DNA of 64,000 nucleotides from an uncultured bacterium (lineage in GTDB: Bacteria; Oederibacteriota; Oederibacteriia; Oederibacteriales; Oederibacteriaceae): the NCBI GenBank assembly GCA_965112635.1, contig OZ218778.1:2016001-2080000 (forward strand), given 5' to 3'. The position numbers and the translations under genes were made by a program. Shown here in pieces: positions 56,634 to 64,000 of this stretch. The notes under the pieces were generated by a model. The model was not told where the DNA came from and did not search any database. It saw only the letters and a program-made list of their open reading frames with translations. Numbering within the stretch: position 1 is the first letter of the stretch; the number at the start of each line of letters is the position of its first letter.

Positions 56634-58373
56634 ATGGCGTTACTAGGAGCAATGGGAGCAGCAATATCAGGATTAGGTTCGTTCAACCAGTGGATGACTG
56701 TCATCGGTAACAATATCGCCAATGACAACACCACGGGTTATAAGTCGAGTACGGTAGAATTTTCAGATCTATTCAGCCAGACCCTCTCTGGCGCCAGCGG
56801 TTATGACTCATCATCCAACACGGGTGGTATTGATCCGCGGCAGATCGGTTTAGGCACCCAAATCTCATCGGTTTCTATGAATATGACCCAGGGTGCCATC
56901 CAAACCGCCAGTAGTCCTACGGATATGGCTATCCAGGGTAATGGTTTTTTTGTCACCAAGACCGGGCTGAACACCACTTATACCCGCGATGGGAGTTTTA
57001 GTTTTGATAATGACGGCAATTTGGTCTCTCCGAGTGGTGCTATTGCTCAGGGTTGGGTGGCCAGTGAAATTCAGGACGGCCTCAACATACCTGCTGCTCC
57101 TGCTGTGGCGGTTAATACGGTAATTCAAGGGGATAGTATCACAATGAATACTTCTGATACTTCTGCTATAACAAATATCAATATCCCTCAGCATGGACTG
57201 ACCATCGCTCAACAGACAACCCTTGTTGATATTCAGGGTAATTTGGATCAGAATACCGCCGCTAATGCAACAGACGCTGATATAACAGCGATGATTGGTC
57301 TTGGAGGGACCGATGTTTCAACGCTGCAAGGTGGGGGATTAGTTATACCTAGTGGGGATACAAATCCATTTGCTAATGTGACTCCTGATGCCACTACATC
57401 AACCACTGTTTATGATTCGCTGGGAAATCCTCAGGAGGTAACATTCTGGTACCTCAAAGATGCCAATAACGCCGATAATTCACCGACGTGGGATTGGTAT
57501 GCTTTTGATACGACCGGTGGAGTAACCCCTTCTAATACTAATTGTATCGGTGGGACTGGGTTGGAATACACTAATGCCAATGCCCCGAATCCTAATGGTT
57601 TGCCTAATGTAGTGACCGGCAAGGTTTGGGGTACCATACAATTTAATGCTGATGGTTCGTTAGCAAATAATGGGGGATTCCCAACTGCCGGTGCAAATGC
57701 TATGCAGGCAGACCCAATTCTTTGCTTCCAGCCAGCTCCACCTGATGCTGGGACCTTGGTTCTAAACGACGGCGCTATTTCTTCAATGAACTTTCAGGTA
57801 CATTTCGGCACCCCCAATACATGGGCAAATGCTGGAAATAATTTGGCGGGTGGAGACCCAGTTGCCCAGGTTAACAATGTGTTTGAGTTTGGGAAACGGG
57901 ATGGTTTGACTGGCGATGTAACTGGATCCTATCAATTGGAAAATGGAGTAGAAACATATGTGCCGAACAGTGACCCCAATGTAAAGGACCAGAATGGATA
58001 TACAGATGGTACCCTGAATGGGGTCAGTGTGGACCAATCAGGGAATATTGTTGGTTCCTTTACTAATGGGAAAAATATCACTCTGGCCAGGGTGGCGTTG
58101 GCGAATTTTGCCAATCCAGATGGTTTAACAAGGGTAGGCGGGAATCAATATATGTCTACCTCTAACTCTGGATTACCAGTAGTGGGTTCAGCCGGAACCT
58201 TTGGCCTGGGCAATATCGAGGGAGGTTCTCTGGAAGGGTCCAATGTGGACCTGGCCACCGAGCTGACCAATATGATCATTGCCCAGAGAGGCTTTGAATC
58301 CAACGCCAGGGTAGTTACCGAGGTAGATAATATGCTCGGTACCCTGGATTCGTTGGGTCAAGGCGGGGTTTAA
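56634..58373 (+). CDS. flgE: Flagellar hook protein
   Basis: GNNIANDNTTGYK, YTRDGSF, VYDSLG, LEGSNVDLATELTNMI. Confidence 0.94.
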   Translation: MALLGAMGAAISGLGSFNQWMTVIGNNIANDNTTGYKSSTVEFSDLFSQTLSGASGYDSSSNTGGIDPRQIGLGTQISSVSMNMTQGAIQTASSPTDMAIQGNGFFVTKTGLNTTYTRDGSFSFDNDGNLVSPSGAIAQGWVASEIQDGLNIPAAPAVAVNTVIQGDSITMNTSDTSAITNINIPQHGLTIAQQTTLVDIQGNLDQNTAANATDADITAMIGLGGTDVSTLQGGGLVIPSGDTNPFANVTPDATTSTTVYDSLGNPQEVTFWYLKDANNADNSPTWDWYAFDTTGGVTPSNTNCIGGTGLEYTNANAPNPNGLPNVVTGKVWGTIQFNADGSLANNGGFPTAGANAMQADPILCFQPAPPDAGTLVLNDGAISSMNFQVHFGTPNTWANAGNNLAGGDPVAQVNNVFEFGKRDGLTGDVTGSYQLENGVETYVPNSDPNVKDQNGYTDGTLNGVSVDQSGNIVGSFTNGKNITLARVALANFANPDGLTRVGGNQYMSTSNSGLPVVGSAGTFGLGNIEGGSLEGSNVDLATELTNMIIAQRGFESNARVVTEVDNMLGTLDSLGQGGV

Positions 58374-58398
58374 AAGTAATATCAATATAAAATGGGCG

Positions 58399-58439
58399 CC
58401 CTCTAGGCTGTAAAAAAACAGCCTAGAGGGTTGCTTATT
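58399..58439 (+). terminator. Hairpin after flgE (terminator or mRNA stabiliser)
   Basis: 13-bp stem CCCTCTAGGCTGT/ACAGCCTAGAGGG with an imperfect U tract. Confidence 0.65.
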
Positions 58440-58448
58440 AGGAAAAAT

Positions 58449-58679
58449 ATGATTAAATTAACGAGATTAAATAATCAGGAATTTGTTACTAACGCCGAAT
58501 TAATCGAATTTATTGATTCCACCCCGGAAACAATAATCTCTTTAACAACCGGGAAGAAAATTGTGGTCAAAGAAACAGCGGCAGAAGTTGTTGCAAAAGT
58601 GATTGAATATCGCCAAAAGGCATTTCCAATTGTTCGAAAACAGGAGTATTATACCCAGCAAGAACAAGGAAACAGTTAA
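58449..58679 (+). CDS. flbD: FlbD/SwrD-family flagellar protein
   Basis: MIKLTRLN...NAELIE....PETIISL..GKK.VVKE. Confidence 0.9.
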   Translation: MIKLTRLNNQEFVTNAELIEFIDSTPETIISLTTGKKIVVKETAAEVVAKVIEYRQKAFPIVRKQEYYTQQEQGNS

Positions 58680-58705
58680 AAAGTTTATAAAAGGGGAGTG
58701 ATAAC

Positions 58706-59497
58706 TTGGATCTGTCTAGTGTTTTGGGATTGGTTGTTGGTTGGGGTTGTTTATTGGCAGCTATTCTGATAGGCGGGTCGCATCTTGGTACTTTTTTTAA
58801 TATTGAAGGTGCATTAATCGTTTTGGGCGGCACGGCAGGAGCGGCAATTGTCAGTATCCCCTGGGCACAATTGAAGGAGATACCAGGAGTTTTGCGAAAA
58901 ACTTTTACCACAACAGAGATGAATCCCATGGAAGTTATCACCATCCTAGTAGGTTTTGCCACCAAAGCCAGGAGGGAAGGCCTACTCGGGCTGGAAGATG
59001 AAGCAGGACAACTGGAAGACAAGTTTTTGCAGAAAGGCATCCAGCTAGTGGTCGATGGAACAGACATGGAATTGGTACGCAATATCCTTGAAACCGACCT
59101 GGCCTTTTTGGAGGAAAGACATAAGCTAGGTGAAGGGATGTTTGGAACCATGGGCGGTTTTTCGCCAACTATGGGGATTATAGGTACTGTCATGGGTCTT
59201 ATTCGAGTGTTGGGTAGTTTGAGCGACCCGAGCAAGTTAGGTCCCGCCGTGGCTGTTGCTTTTATCGCTACCTTCTACGGGATTTCGTTCGCCAATCTGA
59301 TTTTCCTTCCTATTTCTTTCAAGTTAAAAGCTAAAAGCGCGGAAGAAGTGCTCGTGCGGCAGGTTATGATCGAGGGGGTCCTTTCAATTTCGGCAGGGGA
59401 TAATCCCAGGATTGTTGAAGAGAAATTGAGAGCGTTTATTCCGCCCAAAATCAAAGGCGCAATGACCAAAAAGCCTGCAGAAGAGGAAAAGAAATAG
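58706..59497 (+). CDS. motA: Stator protein
   Basis: ARREGLLGLE, PTMGIIGTV, ATFYG. Confidence 0.95.
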   Translation: MDLSSVLGLVVGWGCLLAAILIGGSHLGTFFNIEGALIVLGGTAGAAIVSIPWAQLKEIPGVLRKTFTTTEMNPMEVITILVGFATKARREGLLGLEDEAGQLEDKFLQKGIQLVVDGTDMELVRNILETDLAFLEERHKLGEGMFGTMGGFSPTMGIIGTVMGLIRVLGSLSDPSKLGPAVAVAFIATFYGISFANLIFLPISFKLKAKSAEEVLVRQVMIEGVLSISAGDNPRIVEEKLRAFIPPKIKGAMTKKPAEEEKK

Positions 59498-60300
59498 TGG
59501 CCCGTCCTAAACCAGGTGGCGGCGGCAAAACGGATATGGAATCCGCAGGAATGATGCGGTGGCTTCTCACTTATGCGGATATGATCACCCTGCTGCTTAT
59601 ATTTTTTATCGTAATGTATTCGGTTGCTGCTGAAAACCAAGAAGATATTAAAAAGCTTCTGGAAAATTTAAGGGCCACGTTTGGCGGCATCATGACGGGC
59701 GGAAAGGCCCCCATGAACACAGGGTCGGCTTCTGAAATATTGCCTTTTTCTCTATCCGATTACAATGTCCAGTATAGCCAAGCCAAGATAAAGATAACTG
59801 ATTTGACCAAACGTGGTTTGCCGGGCCATGTCCTGGTGCGGTATAATGAACGCGGTTTGGTTATCAGTTTGTTGACAGATGAAGTAGTTTTTGATAAAGG
59901 AAAAGCTGATTTGAAGCCGGCGGCAAAAAAGGTCCTTTCTGATGTGGCAGACGTCATTAAGAAAATGCCTAATCAGATTGCTGTGGAAGGCCACACGGAT
60001 GACTCTCCCGTAAAAGGAGGACTGTATCCCTCCAATTGGGAACTTTCTACGGCGCGGGCTTCAAGCGTGGTCAGATACTTGATTGAGCAGAAAAATATTC
60101 CGCCGTCACGGCTTTCTGCGGCAGGTTATGCGCAGTATAAGCCTCTGCTTCCGAATACGGTTGAATCAAATAAGACATTGAATCGGAGGGTCGATATCGT
60201 TCTCTTGCAAATCGAGCCGTCTAAGAAAACTGGTGAGGTCGCAGTGCCGCAAGCTCCATTTTTATCACCAGAAGAAGCTATTCAAGTAAATTGGAAATGA
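59497..60300 (+). CDS. motB: Stator protein
   Basis: WLLTYADMITLL, EGHTD, NWELS, NRRV. Confidence 0.95.
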   Translation: MARPKPGGGGKTDMESAGMMRWLLTYADMITLLLIFFIVMYSVAAENQEDIKKLLENLRATFGGIMTGGKAPMNTGSASEILPFSLSDYNVQYSQAKIKITDLTKRGLPGHVLVRYNERGLVISLLTDEVVFDKGKADLKPAAKKVLSDVADVIKKMPNQIAVEGHTDDSPVKGGLYPSNWELSTARASSVVRYLIEQKNIPPSRLSAAGYAQYKPLLPNTVESNKTLNRRVDIVLLQIEPSKKTGEVAVPQAPFLSPEEAIQVNWK

Positions 60301-60335
60301 TTTTTTCTAAATAATCTTTAAGGAGGTTTGAATTT

Positions 60336-60833
60336 ATGGCTGACGTTCAGCAAGGCGGGGAAGTTAAAAAACAGATGACGCTGGTGACGGTTTTGTTGCT
60401 AGCGATTGTTTTGATGCTCATTGGTGTCATTATCACGATTTTTGTGATGAACACCAAGGCTCCGGAGGTAAAGAAGGTTGTCGTTAAAGAAACGCCGGAA
60501 ATAGGCCCGGTCAAATCCTTGGGTGATTTCATTTTGAACCTTGCTGACGCGGGCGAGCCTCGTTATGTTAAGTTGGGTATCAGCTTCGAGATCAAAAGAC
60601 AACAAACCGGAGCTGAGGGGACTGGGGATGATAATGCTAAAGCTGAACTTAAAATGAGAGACGCACAGTTGAAGGATATAGTGGTCGTCGTTGTTAGCAG
60701 TAAGACATCACAAGAACTTTCCACTCCAGAAGGTAAAGAGGCGCTGAAGAAAGAACTGAAGCAAAAATTGAGCGCAGTTTTGACAACCACTGAAGTTGTG
60801 AATATTTTCTTTGACAATTTTGCAATTCAATAA
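60336..60833 (+). CDS. fliL: Basal-body associated protein
   Basis: TM, FILNL, EGKEALK, FAIQ. Confidence 0.92.
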   Translation: MADVQQGGEVKKQMTLVTVLLLAIVLMLIGVIITIFVMNTKAPEVKKVVVKETPEIGPVKSLGDFILNLADAGEPRYVKLGISFEIKRQQTGAEGTGDDNAKAELKMRDAQLKDIVVVVVSSKTSQELSTPEGKEALKKELKQKLSAVLTTTEVVNIFFDNFAIQ

Positions 60834-60859
60834 AGTAATTTACTGATAAGGGAGGAAAT

Positions 60860-61900
60860 GTGGCAGCTATTTCTCAAGAGGAAATGGATGCCCTTTTAGG
60901 GGTTCTATCACAAGAGGCAGCAGGCAGCCAGAAAGAAGGGGAGGATGCTAGTGGTGTTTCCCCGGCTTCCCAGCCAGGTCTGGAACCTAGAGAGCGGAAA
61001 GTAAAAATTAAGCCCTATGATTTTCGTAGGCCGGACCGCTTTTCCAATGAACAAATGCGTACCTTGCAAATGTTGCATGAAAATTTCGGCCGTTTATTTG
61101 CTGCATCGTTATCTACTCATTTAAGGACCGTGGTAGAAATCAAGGTTTTGTCAGCTAACCAGATTACTTTTGAAGAATTTTTGAAAAGTGTTCCAAATCC
61201 TACTAATGTTAATATTTTCAGTATGTCCCCATTACAGGGAACTGCAATTCTTGAAATGAACCCTGTTTTGGTTTTTACTCTGATAGACCGTATTTTGGGT
61301 GGGCCAGGAAACCCGCCTTTGAAACAGAGGGATTTTACCGATATAGAGATGACCATTCTGGAAAAAGTCGTAAAGCGGGCTTTGGATAATCTCAAAGAAG
61401 CGTGGCAGCATGCTGCTTCTTTAAATTTTAAATTAGAGGCTATGGAGAGCAATCCTCTTTTTGTACAAATCGTGTCGCCGGACGAGACTGTTGCTCTTAT
61501 AAACCTTGAAGTAAAGATCAAATCCGTGACCAGTACGATGAATGTGTGTATACCTTATGTTGTACTAGAAACAATAATTTCCAAATTAAGCGCTCATCAG
61601 TGGTTCACCGTTGTAAAAAAAGCTGAAAGCGGGATTTCTGCTGAAGATTTGAAAAAGAATTTGAAAACAACTTTTGTCCGGGTCAGCGTCCAGCTTGGCG
61701 TTACGCATATCACGATCAGGGATTTGCTTAGTCTGAAAGTTGGGGATGTCGTCAGATTGGACAACGGGATTAACGAGGATTTAAAAATCTATGTTGGGGA
61801 TAGGCACACATTTAGTGGGCGACCTGGTTTGATCAGAAAGAGGAAGGGAGTGCAAATTGTTTCGATTTTAAAACAACAAGAGGAGGGGTTAGATGGGTAG
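60860..61900 (+). CDS. fliM: Motor switch protein
   Basis: ISQEEMDALL, YDFRRP, LGG.G. Confidence 0.95.
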   Translation: MAAISQEEMDALLGVLSQEAAGSQKEGEDASGVSPASQPGLEPRERKVKIKPYDFRRPDRFSNEQMRTLQMLHENFGRLFAASLSTHLRTVVEIKVLSANQITFEEFLKSVPNPTNVNIFSMSPLQGTAILEMNPVLVFTLIDRILGGPGNPPLKQRDFTDIEMTILEKVVKRALDNLKEAWQHAASLNFKLEAMESNPLFVQIVSPDETVALINLEVKIKSVTSTMNVCIPYVVLETIISKLSAHQWFTVVKKAESGISAEDLKKNLKTTFVRVSVQLGVTHITIRDLLSLKVGDVVRLDNGINEDLKIYVGDRHTFSGRPGLIRKRKGVQIVSILKQQEEGLDG

Positions 61901-62867
61901 CCTACTGGAAGCAGAAAAAAGCAAATTATTGAGTGTTTTTAAAACTGCAATTATTCCAGTGGCTTCGAATCTAGCCGCTTTACTGGGGAAAAATGTGGAA
62001 CTTAACCCCAGTGAGGTTGTCGAGGTGCCTTGGGCTGAACTTAAGAAAGATGCTAGCCGCTATGTGAATATCCGTGTTCAACTTGGCGGTGATTTGGAGG
62101 GTTATCAATTAGTTCTTTTTAAAGAAAAAGATGCGGCCTTAATGGCCAGCTTGATGATTGGTGAGGCAGGCGGGAAAGCTCCTGAAACCCTCGATGACCT
62201 TTATTTTTCAGCAGCGAGTGAAATTCTTGGCCAGATGATGGATTCACTTGTTACGTCGTTATCTATGACCACATCAAGAAAGATTACGAGCAGCGCTCCG
62301 GATATTCGCAAGATTACATTGGATAGTGAAAGTAATGCTATGTCGCGATTGGTAGGAGGATCCGAAGCTGTTAAAATGGGAATAAATTTTTCTGTCGAGG
62401 GCTTTGCTGACAGTAATATTTACCTAATTTTAAGCGCTGCTATGGCAAAGGAGCTTGCAACTTCTTCCACGGTAGCAACGCAAGCAATGGAGGCGCAGGC
62501 CGGTATGTCTAAAGTAGGTGTTAATACTAGCAGTTTTCAAGAAACTTCAGCTCCAGTCGTGCAACCTGTTCAAATGCCACCTTTGTTGAACAAAACTTTG
62601 GGTAGTAAGGAAAGCAATATTGATCTCCTGATGGATGTTTCGCTTCTTGTGTCTGTAGAGCTTGGAAGGACCCATAAGTATGTTAAGGAAGTTCTCAGCC
62701 TAGGATCAGGGTCTGTTATACAGCTGGATAAATTGGCTGGAGAACCCGTGGATGTTTTGGTCAATGAAAAACTAATTGCTAAAGGTGAAGTAGTGGTTAT
62801 TAATGAGAATTTTGGCGTGAGAATAACTGAAATTATCAGCCCTCAAGAGCGAATTGAGCATCTTTAA
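61893..62867 (+). CDS. fliY: FliY/FliN switch protein (CheC-like plus SpoA domain)
   Basis: C-terminal VELGR...LDKLAGEPVD...GEVVVINENFGVR. Confidence 0.85.
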   Translation: MGSLLEAEKSKLLSVFKTAIIPVASNLAALLGKNVELNPSEVVEVPWAELKKDASRYVNIRVQLGGDLEGYQLVLFKEKDAALMASLMIGEAGGKAPETLDDLYFSAASEILGQMMDSLVTSLSMTTSRKITSSAPDIRKITLDSESNAMSRLVGGSEAVKMGINFSVEGFADSNIYLILSAAMAKELATSSTVATQAMEAQAGMSKVGVNTSSFQETSAPVVQPVQMPPLLNKTLGSKESNIDLLMDVSLLVSVELGRTHKYVKEVLSLGSGSVIQLDKLAGEPVDVLVNEKLIAKGEVVVINENFGVRITEIISPQERIEHL

Positions 62868-62877
62868 AGGTTTATGA

Positions 62878-63495
62878 ATGAAAAAGTTAATTGTATTCCT
62901 GTTTTCTTGCAGTGTTATTTTATCGAGCCTTTCCGTGATCGCTAGAAATACCAGCGTTATAAATAGCGTTACCCCTACCGTTCAAGCCGCTTACCTAGAA
63001 AAAGAAATCCAAAATGTCGAGAAAGGCCCCGTAGCACCGGAAGTCCTATCTTTAGGCTTTTTTGTCAGGGTTGTATTTTCATTAGTATTTGTTGCTGCGG
63101 TTATTTATTTTTTTTCTTTTATTCTAAAAAAAGTGGGTACTAAAGATTTATTTCAACAGCAAGTTCGAAATATCAAGGTTCTGGAAAAAATAACACTGGA
63201 ACCTAAAAAGAACCTTTATTTAATAAGAGTGTCTGGCAGTTTTTTTATCATTGGTTCAAGCGAAAACAAGTTGTTCTTGCTGTCCGAGATTAAAGGAGAT
63301 AAAAATATAAAGGAAATATCAAGTTCTTATGACGAGAAAGAGTCTAGCAAAGCTTTTCAGGATCACTTAGAACATTATAATGCTCTTAGTAAAAGGAATC
63401 TTTGGAGCGATACATATAAAATTACTAACCAGGTTAACGGTGTTCTCAAGGAGAAGATTAAAGGGCTAAAAAAAACTAATGGAACTGGTGTTTAG
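62878..63495 (+). CDS. fliO: FliO/FliZ-like export protein
   Basis: TM followed by IKVLEKITLEPKKNLYLIRV...IIG. Confidence 0.82.
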   Translation: MKKLIVFLFSCSVILSSLSVIARNTSVINSVTPTVQAAYLEKEIQNVEKGPVAPEVLSLGFFVRVVFSLVFVAAVIYFFSFILKKVGTKDLFQQQVRNIKVLEKITLEPKKNLYLIRVSGSFFIIGSSENKLFLLSEIKGDKNIKEISSSYDEKESSKAFQDHLEHYNALSKRNLWSDTYKITNQVNGVLKEKIKGLKKTNGTGV

Positions 63496-63599
63496 CAGTA
63501 TTTATTAGTTTAGTAAATAATTTCTTGTGTTTTTTCCCTAAAAGCTTAAATTAGTATTACTTTATAAAGACCTAACTCGCCTACTGAGAAAGAAGAATA

Positions 63600-64000
63600 A
63601 TGGCCAGAAAAAAGATTGCTTTTATTGTCTTGTTAACAATATTTATTGTGTGCATTCAAACACAATTATCATTTTCTCAGAATATCCCCATCCCTAAAAT
63701 ATCCTTTGAAATTGGTCAAGCTAAAAATCCATCGCAAGTTTCATCAGCTTTAGAAGTTTTATTTTTACTGACCCTTCTTTCTTTGGCTCCGGCCATTTTA
63801 ATAATGACAACATCATTCACCAGAATAGTGATTGTCCTTTCATTCTTAAGACAAGCTTTGGGTGTTCAAACAATTCCCCCTAATCAAGTCGTGGTTGGTT
63901 TATCTTTATTCCTAACATTTTTCATTATGCTTCCTGTTGGCCAAAAAATTAATGATAATGCCCTTACTCCCTATTTGAATGGAAAAATAGAACAGCGAGT
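63600..64000 (+). CDS. fliP: Export gate protein (runs off the window end)
   Basis: LLTLLSLAPAILIMTTSFTRIVIVLSFLRQALG.Q..PPNQ. Confidence 0.95.
   Translation, partial: MARKKIAFIVLLTIFIVCIQTQLSFSQNIPIPKISFEIGQAKNPSQVSSALEVLFLLTLLSLAPAILIMTTSFTRIVIVLSFLRQALGVQTIPPNQVVVGLSLFLTFFIMLPVGQKINDNALTPYLNGKIEQR

Noticed and set aside
1-64000. tRNA or rRNA genes
   Set aside because: No cloverleaf or rRNA signature seen in any intergenic region

Overview
Bacterial chromosomal window. Diderm features (FlgH/FlgI rings, beta-barrels, a PorV-like protein) coexist with Firmicutes-like gene order; the lineage cannot be fixed from sequence alone. Four parts. (1) 1-10.3 kb: an accessory/defence island of short co-oriented genes (AbiV-like, XRE+AAA ATPase, Phd/RelE TA, truncated nuclease-like gene, CoiA-like nuclease), separated by a mosaic of REP-like motifs and fixed-length covarying hairpins. 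It contains one intact IS110-family (IS1111-type) element and one remnant, both inserted in the same motif. (2) 10.4-20.5 kb: EamA transporter, glycoside-hydrolase-like genes and Zn-dehydrogenases, two of these genes frameshifted. (3) 20.7-34.2 kb: yceD-rpmF-plsX-fabHDG-acpP-fabF-rnc-CHASE2 cyclase-smc-ftsY. (4) 34.5-64 kb: a large flagellar cluster from flgF to partial fliP, interrupted by a T9SS-like cargo/PorV pair. Best novel candidate: a covarying RNA motif (GCU-GGA-stemloop-A-AGC, with or without a GAWUGAMUGA-loop hairpin) in the leaders of flgF, fliK and flgE. At flgF it is coupled to a terminator/antiterminator, and at flgE it directly follows the uncharacterised TIGR02530-type gene. 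Second candidate: the repeat-punctuated cassette island with its 35+27-nt double-hairpin unit. All family calls come from motif recognition by eye; no searches were run.
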